Origin: a virus
Taxonomy: Duplodnaviria; Heunggongvirae; Uroviricota; Caudoviricetes
DNA length: 23,494 nt
IMG/VR virus record: IMGVR_UViG_3300025597_000613
Span: 1 to 23,494 of that record
Direction: 5' to 3' (one strand)
In this document: positions 1 to 7,305 of the stretch, piece by piece
Layout of the letters: each line of letters begins with the position of its first letter
Numbering within the stretch: the stretch's first letter is position 1
Translations under genes and position numbers: made by a program
Notes under the pieces: generated by a model
What the model was told of the DNA's origin: nothing
What the model saw: the letters and a program-made list of their open reading frames with translations, nothing else
Database searches by the model: none

Positions 1-345
1 GATGCCCCTTTTCTTCAGCTCTTCGGATGCATCTCCCCATTTGTGGTCGCACCCGAAGGTGTAGAAACGAAGCTTGCCGCCCCAATAGTCACTGATCATC
101 GAATAACCGGTGCCATCGTGCATGAAGAAGAGTGTGGCGCTGACCACCGGGGAAAGCGGGTCAGCGGGATCGCGCATTTGGCGGAATTGGTATGCACGGG
201 CATGGTAGGTGAAGAACATGCTCTTCGCAAATTCCTTTTCCGAGAGTTCACGCCAGCCCGGCGGAAAGTCATTGGAGCCACCAAATTTCTCGGTGTGTTC
301 CTTCTGCTCCGCAGCAGAAAACGAATGGAAGTCTTGGAAGTACAT
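1..345 (-). CDS. hypothetical phage protein, 3'-truncated by window edge (MYFQDFHSFSAAEQKEHTEKFGG...)
   Basis: ATG at 345 with AGGA SD, downstream of promoter 376-404; open for 115 codons to the window edge; absent from ORF track because no stop. Confidence 0.8.
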   Translation of the reverse strand, partial: MYFQDFHSFSAAEQKEHTEKFGGSNDFPPGWRELSEKEFAKSMFFTYHARAYQFRQMRDPADPLSPVVSATLFFMHDGTGYSMISDYWGGKLRFYTFGCDHKWGDASEELKKRGI

Positions 346-375
346 GATTCCTGGTCTCTGTGTTGCAATAGTGCT

Positions 376-404
376 ATATTAACTGACAGGGATAATCCTG
401 TCAA
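376..404 (-). promoter_or_regulatory. sigma70-type promoter TTGACA-17-TAATAT with inverted repeat TGACAGG-N6-CCTGTCA
   Basis: Hexamers and spacing read directly; near-duplicate of 1001-1030. Confidence 0.8.
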
Positions 405-410
405 CCATTG

Positions 411-974
411 TTACACTTTTGCAGCGAAATTTTCAGCTCGACGCTGCCGTTGATAGAGAAGAGATTCCCATCTATCCGCAAGAATCATTTCACCATAACG
501 ACTTACAAAAGTACCGAAGGTGTTGATTCGGCGGTGGTTGATGGGGGCTTCATGTTTCCTGAGTAGTGTCTTCATGGCAGCCACCGGCCAGGCACTCTCA
601 AGAATCACGGGAGGAATTTTTCGAATTTTTGCTTCCAATGCATCGCCGTCTTTATCATCAAGGATGACCTGCACCGCGTTGAAAGTTTCTTCGTCTTCCT
701 GGTATTGGAAGGTCTTGAAAACATGAGTGAATAATGCATCGGTTGCTTTGTCGATTGCATCATTCATTGAGGGATTGTTCTTACCGGTAATCTCGTAATA
801 CCGGCGCCGGTTCCTGACAGCAGCAATCACCTCATCATAGAGGCGAATAGCTTCTTGCAGGTAATCATTCGGATTACTTTCCGGCAACGGAGAGATCGAA
901 GCCAGTGCCGGCATGGAAGCTGCTGCCGCGGTAACCAGGGTTATCCGGAGAAAATCACGACGATTCAGTTCCAT
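411..974 (-). CDS. hypothetical protein with twin-arginine (Tat) signal peptide
   Basis: N-terminus MELNRRDFLRITLVTAAAASMPALA matches (S/N)RRxFL plus h-region plus AxA; AGGA SD. Confidence 0.8.
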   Translation of the reverse strand: MELNRRDFLRITLVTAAAASMPALASISPLPESNPNDYLQEAIRLYDEVIAAVRNRRRYYEITGKNNPSMNDAIDKATDALFTHVFKTFQYQEDEETFNAVQVILDDKDGDALEAKIRKIPPVILESAWPVAAMKTLLRKHEAPINHRRINTFGTFVSRYGEMILADRWESLLYQRQRRAENFAAKV

Positions 975-1000
975 ATCAATTCCTGTGTTGCAGTAGTGCT

Positions 1001-1030
1001 ATATTAGCTGACAGGATTGCTCCTGTCAGC
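1001..1030 (-). promoter_or_regulatory. sigma70-type promoter CTGACA-17-TAATAT within 10-bp inverted repeat GCTGACAGGA-N4-TCCTGTCAGC
   Basis: Sequence; homologous to 376-404. Confidence 0.75.
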
Positions 1031-1042
1031 CTCTGTTACACC

Positions 1043-1339
1043 TTACATGAACAGATGGAGCACCCAACCACTGGCAAGAGCCATAGTGGAGTAGGTCAGA
1101 CTGAAGATCAGCGCATTGAGCATCGCCTCAGACGGACTCTCGAATTCTTGCTTGACATATTGCACAGTGAGGAAGTGAGTCACGATGCTCAGCCCGATGC
1201 CTTGCAGGAAGGTAATCGCCGGCAGACCGAAAATCGGAGACACGAACCATCCCCAGAGCACCGACAGAACGAAGCCGCCGTAGATGGAACTGAGGATGCT
1301 GCCGACCATGAACAGAAGGAAGCCGATAAAATAAACCAT
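1043..1339 (-). CDS. small multi-pass membrane protein
   Basis: About three hydrophobic segments; GAAAGG SD. Confidence 0.8.
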   Translation of the reverse strand: MVYFIGFLLFMVGSILSSIYGGFVLSVLWGWFVSPIFGLPAITFLQGIGLSIVTHFLTVQYVKQEFESPSEAMLNALIFSLTYSTMALASGWVLHLFM

Positions 1340-1348
1340 GATTGCCTT

Positions 1349-1789
1349 TCAGGTGGGTTGGTTGACGAGGAGTTCATGCAGAGTGCCCGCCGCCTTCCGG
1401 CGCCGCACTTCGCTCTTGGAGATCTTGAATTTGGCAGCAATTTCATCCACCGTACCCATCTCGTGGGGCTTGTTGGATTGGCGCAATTCTTGTCGAATCT
1501 TCTCGAACTTCTGCTTTTGCGCCATTACTTCTTCCTGCTCAGCCATACGGAAGATGAATTGAAGGTCGCTGCGAATTCGTTCCTTGGCGTAAGCCAAGTT
1601 GGAAACGGTACGCGCATCGGTCTTGTATTCTTCGCCGACCGGTTCTCGATGGTGACCGGTCCAGAAGAAAGTCTTCAGAAGGATGTCGTCGAAATGACCG
1701 GTGAGTACCAACGCTACCGTTTGCGGATTACGAAAATCCAGCGTGTCGGCAAAGATGGACAGGCCTACAAGAATGTCTTTCATGTGCAT
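1349..1789 (-). CDS. hypothetical protein with C-terminal HTH-like motif
   Basis: TVDEIAAKFKISKSEVRRRK resembles a helix-turn-helix; promoter 1811-1839 upstream. Confidence 0.7.
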   Translation of the reverse strand: MHMKDILVGLSIFADTLDFRNPQTVALVLTGHFDDILLKTFFWTGHHREPVGEEYKTDARTVSNLAYAKERIRSDLQFIFRMAEQEEVMAQKQKFEKIRQELRQSNKPHEMGTVDEIAAKFKISKSEVRRRKAAGTLHELLVNQPT

Positions 1790-1810
1790 GTGGTGTGTTG
1801 CAATGACTCT

Positions 1811-1839
1811 ATTATGCGACAGAGGATGGAATTAGTCGA
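1811..1839 (-). promoter_or_regulatory. sigma70-type promoter TCGACT-17-CATAAT
   Basis: Spacing and intergenic position; shares downstream TTGCAACA with promoters at 376 and 1001. Confidence 0.6.
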
Positions 1840-1840
1840 C

Positions 1841-2077
1841 CTACTTTTGAAGTTCAGACAGCCCCTGGCAGTGTATGCAGCGTCTGCACCCCTGCACTGC
1901 CTCGCGCCGCGCTAAGGGGATTTTATCCCCGCAGTCGACGCATTCCTCCAAGCTAAGGCCCGTGGGCATGGCAGCGCGAACTCGGGCAATTGCATTATCG
2001 TTGAGATGGAGGGCGTGCAATTGCCCCATCTCAGATTCTTCGATGTTGGAATGCTGAACAGACTCGATTTCGATCAT
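1841..2077 (-). CDS. traR: TraR/DksA (YbiI-like) C4 zinc-finger RNA polymerase modulator
   Basis: CVDCGDKIPLARREAVQGCRRCIHCQ is the DksA/TraR C4 finger; AIARVRAAMPTGLSLEEC resembles YbiI. Confidence 0.9.
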   Translation of the reverse strand: MIEIESVQHSNIEESEMGQLHALHLNDNAIARVRAAMPTGLSLEECVDCGDKIPLARREAVQGCRRCIHCQGLSELQK

Positions 2078-2307
2078 GCTTGTTGGTCAGGCAAATAGAC
2101 CATGTAGGTGCATTTTCCATTCACGATGTGATAGAGGGCACGAATCCCCTTGCCCCACATGGGATGGGAATGAAGAAATTGTGCCATCGGAAGAGGCAGT
2201 TGTGCTTTCCGGTAGCACGAATCGTGACCTACACCGAATACCGACTGTGTTTCATTTGTAGGTTTCCCACACTTGAAACACGGTTTGGTCGGTATGCTAT
2301 TCGACAT
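2074..2307 (-). CDS. hypothetical protein, CxxC...HxxC possible zinc binder (start MSNSIPTKP)
   Basis: Start reassigned to ATG 2307, overlapping the upstream stop. Confidence 0.65.
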   Translation of the reverse strand: MSNSIPTKPCFKCGKPTNETQSVFGVGHDSCYRKAQLPLPMAQFLHSHPMWGKGIRALYHIVNGKCTYMVYLPDQQA

Positions 2308-2548
2308 CGGCTTCTTCCACCACAGAGAAAAGTTCTGCGAACTTCTTGTGAGGCATCTGCTCCAGCAGGGAGATTTGCTTCGGATCCAGCAGATCGATTG
2401 ACGACACCATATCGAAGAGCGCTTCTTGCACATCTAGGTTATGGAGGTCAATGGGCTTGGATGCCCGCCACGGCGTGCTCATCCACGAATTGAATTCTTC
2501 GAAGGTGGCAGTATGTTCGACGCCTTGGAATTGGAACCTGATCTGCAT
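2297..2548 (-). CDS. hypothetical protein (start MQIRFQFQG)
   Basis: Start reassigned to ATG 2548 downstream of promoter 2576-2604. Confidence 0.7.
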   Translation of the reverse strand: MQIRFQFQGVEHTATFEEFNSWMSTPWRASKPIDLHNLDVQEALFDMVSSIDLLDPKQISLLEQMPHKKFAELFSVVEEADVE

Positions 2549-2575
2549 AGTTACGGTTGGTTGGACAATGGTTTT

Positions 2576-2604
2576 ATTATTGCAGGATGGGCTTGTTCTG
2601 TCAA
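2576..2604 (-). promoter_or_regulatory. sigma70-type promoter TTGACA-17-AATAAT
   Basis: Sequence. Confidence 0.6.
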
Positions 2605-2891
2605 CGGCCAGGAGAAGACCGGGTCTCCACGGAACCGGAAATACGAAGTGGCTTTTCGGCGGGCATATAGACAACGCGACCATTCTTCCGGATGAAGATT
2701 TCATCACCGTTATCCAGGGTGATGATGGTACCATGTGTATCCAGTGACATCTTCACGGTACCGTAGTGATCAAAGGATTCGCCGAGCACGATTTCGATAC
2801 GTTCCCCGGGACGAGCATCGACTGCAAGAAAAGGCTTATTGGTAGCCTTGATGATTTGCTTCGAATCAGTATCAAGAAGCCTAACATCCAT
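2601..2891 (-). CDS. hypothetical protein
   Basis: ORF with AAGGA SD, fits operon tiling. Confidence 0.75.
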   Translation of the reverse strand: MDVRLLDTDSKQIIKATNKPFLAVDARPGERIEIVLGESFDHYGTVKMSLDTHGTIITLDNGDEIFIRKNGRVVYMPAEKPLRISGSVETRSSPGR

Positions 2892-2900
2892 GTTGAATCC

Positions 2901-3137
2901 TTACTTGGAGGGTTGGTTGAATTGCACGCCGACCGAAGGCCGCATAATCATTGCGGCGTCAGTCTGTTCGTGAACCACTATCAGCACAAGATGCTGGGCA
3001 GTGATATTCAGGATGTGCGGTTTACCATTCGGGTCAGTGTATGCCACTGAAATCGTATCTCCCGACTCCAGAGAAACAGTGGCATTTTTGATGTTAGCGT
3101 CTCTGGAGACTTCGACAAAGCCAGCTTTGATTTTCAT
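2901..3137 (-). CDS. hypothetical protein
   Basis: ORF abutting upstream stop. Confidence 0.75.
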   Translation of the reverse strand: MKIKAGFVEVSRDANIKNATVSLESGDTISVAYTDPNGKPHILNITAQHLVLIVVHEQTDAAMIMRPSVGVQFNQPSK

Positions 3138-3560
3138 TTAGCTACCCATTCCAAAAGTGATTCTCATTTGTGTCGCATCGATGTTGATGACTTCGAAGTA
3201 CAGGTCGCTGAAATCGTGGCCCCAGATGCCATACGGGCCATCGGAACTTTGGCGGTTGAGCATGCCCGGAATATGACCCGGATTACCGGCAGTCTGTTCC
3301 TCTTTCTCGTAGATGTATTCGTAGTCGGAACGCGCCAGCACTAGAATGTCTTCGCCGGTAAACTCGGGCATCAGAAGGTGCTTGAAAGATGCCACACGTG
3401 ACAAAGGATAATCGTAGACGAACGTGTATTCGCCTGACAGCCCCAGGGGATTTTGAAGCTCAGACACATCATCCCATTCACCGCGCTCGGGGTCGTTCTT
3501 AACGAAACTGGCGGCGTGGACGTTACAGCAGATTCTCATGATTTGATTTGCCTTTGACAT
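3138..3560 (-). CDS. conserved-looking phage hypothetical protein (GPYGIWGHDFSDLYFE motif), probably leaderless
   Basis: ORF; ATG 6 nt downstream of the -10 box. Confidence 0.8.
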   Translation of the reverse strand: MSKANQIMRICCNVHAASFVKNDPERGEWDDVSELQNPLGLSGEYTFVYDYPLSRVASFKHLLMPEFTGEDILVLARSDYEYIYEKEEQTAGNPGHIPGMLNRQSSDGPYGIWGHDFSDLYFEVINIDATQMRITFGMGS

Positions 3561-3566
3561 GTGTCT

Positions 3567-3595
3567 ATTATGCTGTTGGGCAGGCTTAATGTCTA
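3567..3595 (-). promoter_or_regulatory. sigma70-type promoter TAGACA-17-CATAAT
   Basis: Sequence. Confidence 0.7.
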
Positions 3596-3606
3596 CCGCT
3601 TTTTGA

Positions 3607-3774
3607 TTAGTTGACTACTACGATAGATTTATCCCAATCACCATCGAAGGGATCTCGTTCAATTTCCGAACTCACATCGTTTACCGGTTTGTATCCACCA
3701 GTGGGGCTTGGAATCTTTACTTCCTTATCGTGGTCTTCCTGTTGCAGTAGTTCGATAAGTTCGCGGACGTTCAT
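3607..3774 (-). CDS. small hypothetical protein (MNVRELIELLQQEDHDKEV)
   Basis: Start reassigned to ATG 3774, downstream of the terminator; typical phage M.V.ELIE.L N-terminus. Confidence 0.75.
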   Translation of the reverse strand: MNVRELIELLQQEDHDKEVKIPSPTGGYKPVNDVSSEIERDPFDGDWDKSIVVVN

Positions 3775-3790
3775 GATGATTCTTTCAGTC

Positions 3791-3813
3791 GAAAAGGGAC
3801 CCAGGGGTCCCTT
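3791..3813 (-). terminator. intrinsic terminator AAGGGACC-N4-GGTCCCTT followed by U-run
   Basis: 8-bp stem plus UUUU on minus strand. Confidence 0.75.
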
Positions 3814-3817
3814 GTTC

Positions 3818-3950
3818 GATGTGGTGTACGGTAGATTTATATACCGGACTTCTACGCGGGCCAGAACTTGCTGGGCATCACCACACACCACTAAACACTA
3901 TGAGGGCAGTGGAAGGACGACCCTTCCTGTGACTCCCTGCCCGAACGGCC
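3818..3950 (-). ncRNA. candidate structured RNA (bulged hairpin plus three-way junction) between gene stop and terminator
   Basis: Stems GGGCAG/CUGCCC, GGAAGG/CCUUCC, UGUGGUG/CACCACA, CCAG/CUGG, CGGUA/UACCG paired by eye. Confidence 0.45.
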
Positions 3951-3953
3951 GCC

Positions 3954-4355
3954 TTAGGCCGCGACTTCTTCAGCCGCGATCGACAGGCGCTTGTCGCCGT
4001 TCTTCAGCTCGCCGGCCTTCAGGATCAGCAGCTGGGCGGCGCCCTTGCTGATGCCTTCGGCAACCACACGACCCGAACGGGTGTTGATCACCGTCACCGG
4101 GTTTTCCACCGGACGACCACCCTTCTTGTCTTCCGGACGGCCCAGGCCCTCGACGGACTTCGGGTCAGCCACACGCTGCATCTTCAGCGCGTGGTTGTAG
4201 TGCGTGGCCGCCGACGCGACGCTGATGCCGAACTTCTGCACGGCGCCATCCATCACCTTGGCGCGGAACGCGGTGCCGTCCAGTTCGCCGGCAGCGAACA
4301 GGGCGAGGTACTTGGCGAAGCGAGCGTTGACGTAAGCGCGGATACCTTGGGTCAT
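3954..4355 (-). CDS. basic DNA-binding-like protein, paralog of 14236-14685
   Basis: FRAKV..KFGISVASAATHYN motif and KKGGRP; strongly GC3-biased codons; start ATG 4355 (alternative 4379). Confidence 0.85.
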   Translation of the reverse strand: MTQGIRAYVNARFAKYLALFAAGELDGTAFRAKVMDGAVQKFGISVASAATHYNHALKMQRVADPKSVEGLGRPEDKKGGRPVENPVTVINTRSGRVVAEGISKGAAQLLILKAGELKNGDKRLSIAAEEVAA

Positions 4356-4434
4356 TTGAGTCTCTCTTTCTGCGCACATAGCGCGGTTGGTTGGGGTTGT
4401 TATGCGTGCGTCCTTGTTTGCAGCGCATGTCGTT

Positions 4435-4463
4435 ACTATAAGGCTAGGGAGGTTTTGCGTCAA
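4435..4463 (-). promoter_or_regulatory. sigma70-type promoter TTGACG-17-TATAGT
   Basis: Sequence. Confidence 0.8.
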
Positions 4464-4522
4464 TGGGTTTTTGGTGGATTAGATGTAACAGTTCCTGTTG
4501 TAAAATGGCTACATATCATAGA

Positions 4523-4554
4523 AAAAGCCTACGGGTTTTACGCCGTAGGCTTTT
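4523..4554. terminator. bidirectional intrinsic terminator AAAAGCCTACGG-N8-CCGTAGGCTTTT
   Basis: 12-bp inverted repeat with A/T tracts. Confidence 0.8.
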
Positions 4555-4582
4555 GGTCTTGGTGAAACCAGTAAGTTAGTGC

Positions 4583-4828
4583 TTACGCAAACAACTTGCC
4601 CTGATAACCGAACACGTCACGACGCGATACGGCATATGCGGTCTTGCCCTTTGTGTTCACAGACTTACGAACCTTCAAACCGTTTTGGCGAAGATCTGTC
4701 ATGCGAGCACGAAGATTTTGAATGCCAAAGGTTTCACGAGCTTGAGCTGCGGAAAGTTCCTTACCTGTACCGCGTAGGTACTGTTCCAAGAAAGCCACTT
4801 GTGTGGTTGTCAATGTTGTAAATGCCAT
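4583..4828 (-). CDS. small winged-helix DNA-binding protein
   Basis: ELSAAQARETFGIQNLRARMTDLRQNGLKV followed by beta-wing; AAGGAG SD. Confidence 0.8.
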   Translation of the reverse strand: MAFTTLTTTQVAFLEQYLRGTGKELSAAQARETFGIQNLRARMTDLRQNGLKVRKSVNTKGKTAYAVSRRDVFGYQGKLFA

Positions 4829-4854
4829 TATAGGACTCCTTATAAAGTTTCGTA

Positions 4855-4883
4855 ACTTTACATGAAGTCCTAACGAATGTCAA
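4855..4883 (-). promoter_or_regulatory. sigma70-type promoter TTGACA-17-TAAAGT with two inverted TWACGAA boxes
   Basis: Sequence; boxes at 4845-4856 and 4871-4877. Confidence 0.8.
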
Positions 4884-4915
4884 CCACGGTGTCAACCGGT
4901 TTTATTGCACAAATA

Positions 4916-4952
4916 GGAAAACCGGGGGCCAGTTTCTAGCCACCCGGTTTCC
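4916..4952 (-). terminator. hairpin GGAAAACCGGG...CCCGGTTTCC, likely terminator
   Basis: Long inverted repeat ending the unit started at 5127-5155. Confidence 0.55.
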
Positions 4953-5120
4953 GTCTTACCACGTTAGTTTTTCCTTTGATCCAAACCTTTTGTTGGGCCC
5001 AACTCGGGTTTGGTTGCTTCGGCCATGAATGCGTCCACTCAGCGGACCTAAGCCTTATTTACAGTTCTATATCACTTTCCATTTTGTTCCTTTTGGACTG
5101 CGGTGTTTGTGTTCCGCAGT
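4916..5120 (-). ncRNA. candidate ~200-nt small RNA with own promoter and terminator
   Basis: Promoter 5127-5155, 5' hairpin ACUGCGG/CCGCAGU, only 7- and 20-codon ORFs inside. Confidence 0.4.
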
Positions 5121-5126
5121 GTCATT

Positions 5127-5155
5127 ATTATGTGGCATGCTGTGGATTTAGTCAA
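5127..5155 (-). promoter_or_regulatory. sigma70-type promoter TTGACT-17-CATAAT
   Basis: Sequence; immediately after terminator 5160-5184. Confidence 0.75.
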
Positions 5156-5159
5156 CAGG

Positions 5160-5184
5160 AAAAAGAAAGTGCCCCGTAGGGCAC
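5160..5184 (-). terminator. intrinsic terminator GTGCCC-N4-GGGCAC plus U-run
   Basis: Stem plus UUUCUUUUU on minus strand. Confidence 0.75.
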
Positions 5185-5311
5185 CAAAGGTCGGTTGAAA
5201 TTGTGCAGAATATGACCATCTGCCGGGCTCCTCTTTTTGAGCGCCCCCAATAAACCACTCTGTAGGATTCATCCCAGCCTACAGATTAGGGATAGTTTCT
5301 CTGATTACCCC

Positions 5312-5515
5312 TTAGCGGACTTCTTTTTCGAAGAAGCCGTTGTAGACCCGATCTTCAATGTCCTTCATGGACATATGAATACCGGAGTACATCTGCCAAT
5401 CATCTGTATTCCAGTCGGAACGGTATTCAACTGTCCATTCGGAATATTCTCCATCCAAAACCTCGAGTTTTGCACGGACACAGGGACGATCAACGAAATA
5501 AACGTAATGAGCCAT
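5312..5515 (-). CDS. hypothetical protein
   Basis: ORF in operon tiling. Confidence 0.7.
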   Translation of the reverse strand: MAHYVYFVDRPCVRAKLEVLDGEYSEWTVEYRSDWNTDDWQMYSGIHMSMKDIEDRVYNGFFEKEVR

Positions 5516-5517
5516 TC

Positions 5518-5706
5518 TTACACCCTTATAGATTTTTCAGTGGAGAGTAGAAATTGACGCGCTGCCTCTTCTACCATCTTTTGGTATTCTTCTCCGTGGG
5601 CACGCTTGTCACCACTATTCCAGTTATCGGGGCGATCATCGATTGGTGCAGCAGATGCAGCCTGGATGAATGCCAGTGCTGCGATTGAGATGAAAAATTT
5701 TTTCAT
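5518..5706 (-). CDS. small secreted protein (Sec signal peptide)
   Basis: MKKFFISIAALAFIQAASA signal peptide. Confidence 0.7.
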   Translation of the reverse strand: MKKFFISIAALAFIQAASAAPIDDRPDNWNSGDKRAHGEEYQKMVEEAARQFLLSTEKSIRV

Positions 5707-5709
5707 AAT

Positions 5710-5883
5710 TTATTTTCCATATTTGCTGAGGCAGAGATATCGATCGTCGGGAATCTTCATCTCCTTGGCAGCGGCCACACAGGTTTTTTCGGTTGCAAAA
5801 TCACCAATGGGTCGCCAGTCATAAGGATACCGTGCATGTATCGGACTGGCAACCAATGTCCAGATAACAAGGATGTAATTCAC
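5710..5883 (-). CDS. small phage protein missed by the ORF track (MNYILVIWTLVASPIHARYPYDWRPIGDFATEKTCVAAAKEMKIPDDRYLCLSKYGK)
   Basis: GTG start with AGAGG upstream; 57 aa, hydrophobic N-terminus, two Cys; exactly fills the gap. Confidence 0.75.
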   Translation of the reverse strand: MNYILVIWTLVASPIHARYPYDWRPIGDFATEKTCVAAAKEMKIPDDRYLCLSKYGK

Positions 5884-5898
5884 CTCTACACCTTCACA

Positions 5899-6105
5899 TT
5901 AGAAGACTCGAAGATTGCGACTACCGAATTCTTTCTCCAGCTCGGCCATTACCACACTAACAGCCTGAGCATTGAAAGAATCACCGGTCTGCATCAGCCC
6001 CTCGCCCTTAAGGGCACGCAGGCGAAGCCTGGCCCGTACCAGTGCGGTCTCCGCACGGTTGAGATCTTCGTATGCCTTGTCGATTTCCTGTTGAGTACCT
6101 TGCAT
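5899..6105 (-). CDS. hypothetical coiled-coil protein
   Basis: ORF with AAGGA SD. Confidence 0.75.
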   Translation of the reverse strand: MQGTQQEIDKAYEDLNRAETALVRARLRLRALKGEGLMQTGDSFNAQAVSVVMAELEKEFGSRNLRVF

Positions 6106-6125
6106 GATTTTCCTTTCTGGAATGA

Positions 6126-7274
6126 TTAGGCCTGCACATCTACACCGCGACGTGCAGCCTCAGCCTTCTTCTTCTCCAGCAGGCGCTTGAACTTGGCCTC
6201 CTTGGTGAGACAGGTAGCCTCGGCCATCTCGAGCCAGTGCTTGGGATCTGCCTTCACGAAGTCAGCAATCTTCTTCGCCTGACGCAGCGACAGTTCGCGC
6301 AGGTACTCCTGGTTGTCGATGATGAAGTTCTGGATCATCTTCTCCTCGCCATTCTCGAAGGCATAGTTGTTGAACATGCCATCGGAAATGACCTGCTTGA
6401 TGCGCAGGATCTTATCGCGAGTGGAAGTGATCTCCAGATCCAGGTAGTGACAGCGAGACATGATGGCTTCGAGGTGCGCACTGATACGCGAACCACGTGC
6501 AATCGTGCGTTCGAAGTCGATGTTGGACAGGAACATGATGCCACCTTCGAAGTCGAATTGGCTGTCAATGTCCATGCCTTGCAGCACCTTGGACTCCTTG
6601 TTCCAGCAGATGCGGCGCTTGTCACCGGAGTTGAGCGCACCCTTCAGCAGGGAGAGCGACTCCTCCTCGAACAGCACACCGTCACAGTCATCGAACACCA
6701 GCACCTGGCCGGGATGACGATTGTAGTACAGTTTCTGGTAGAGGCCCAGCGAAGAGACGCCGCCCGTCACGATTTCGTATTTGGGATTTTGACCCTTCAT
6801 CGTGAGGAACATATTGGCAGCCTCGAGCTGCTTTTCGACGCCGAACGACTTACCGATGCCCGGGGGACCCGACACCACCAAGCCGCGCACGACACCTCGC
6901 GCAACAGCATCAGCGATGCGGTCGAGCATCAGGAACGTCTCGCGAATGCGCTCCATTGCCTCGTCTTCGGTCTCGGTCTCCATGAAGAGACGCTCGTAGT
7001 CCGTGGAATCGGTTGCGCTGTCATCAAGCTTTTCTTGACCAGGAACCACGACGTGGGCGGGAAGATCGGCGCCGGTAGCATCCACCAGCTTGAAGTGATC
7101 TTTCTCGACCTGGATGCGCTGCACCGGCGGAGTACCAGGGTCCGGATTCGGATTGCGAATGGTAACGTAGCCACCACGCGCACCTTCGACGTAGCCCTTG
7201 ATCAGATGGAAAGTGCCACTGATCTCTTTGCCACGATAATGACCCTTGGTGATTTGAACTTGGATTGCGCTCAA
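6126..7274 (-). CDS. phage AAA+ family ATPase (TTG start at 7274)
   Basis: Walker A VSGPPGIGKS, Walker B LVFDDCD, sensor-1 FLSN, SRC Arg-finger; AAGGAG SD 7 nt before TTG; upstream ATGs fall inside the promoter. Confidence 0.9.
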   Translation of the reverse strand: MSAIQVQITKGHYRGKEISGTFHLIKGYVEGARGGYVTIRNPNPDPGTPPVQRIQVEKDHFKLVDATGADLPAHVVVPGQEKLDDSATDSTDYERLFMETETEDEAMERIRETFLMLDRIADAVARGVVRGLVVSGPPGIGKSFGVEKQLEAANMFLTMKGQNPKYEIVTGGVSSLGLYQKLYYNRHPGQVLVFDDCDGVLFEEESLSLLKGALNSGDKRRICWNKESKVLQGMDIDSQFDFEGGIMFLSNIDFERTIARGSRISAHLEAIMSRCHYLDLEITSTRDKILRIKQVISDGMFNNYAFENGEEKMIQNFIIDNQEYLRELSLRQAKKIADFVKADPKHWLEMAEATCLTKEAKFKRLLEKKKAEAARRGVDVQA

Positions 7275-7305
7275 ACGAGACTCCTTTGTTGTGTGTTGAG
7301 CCATT

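Noticed and set aside
1055-1915. 286-aa plus-strand ORF
   Set aside because: Antisense shadow of three well-supported minus-strand genes; no promoter, SD or motif
5072-5272. 66-aa minus-strand ORF
   Set aside because: Runs through a terminator and a promoter; not a plausible gene
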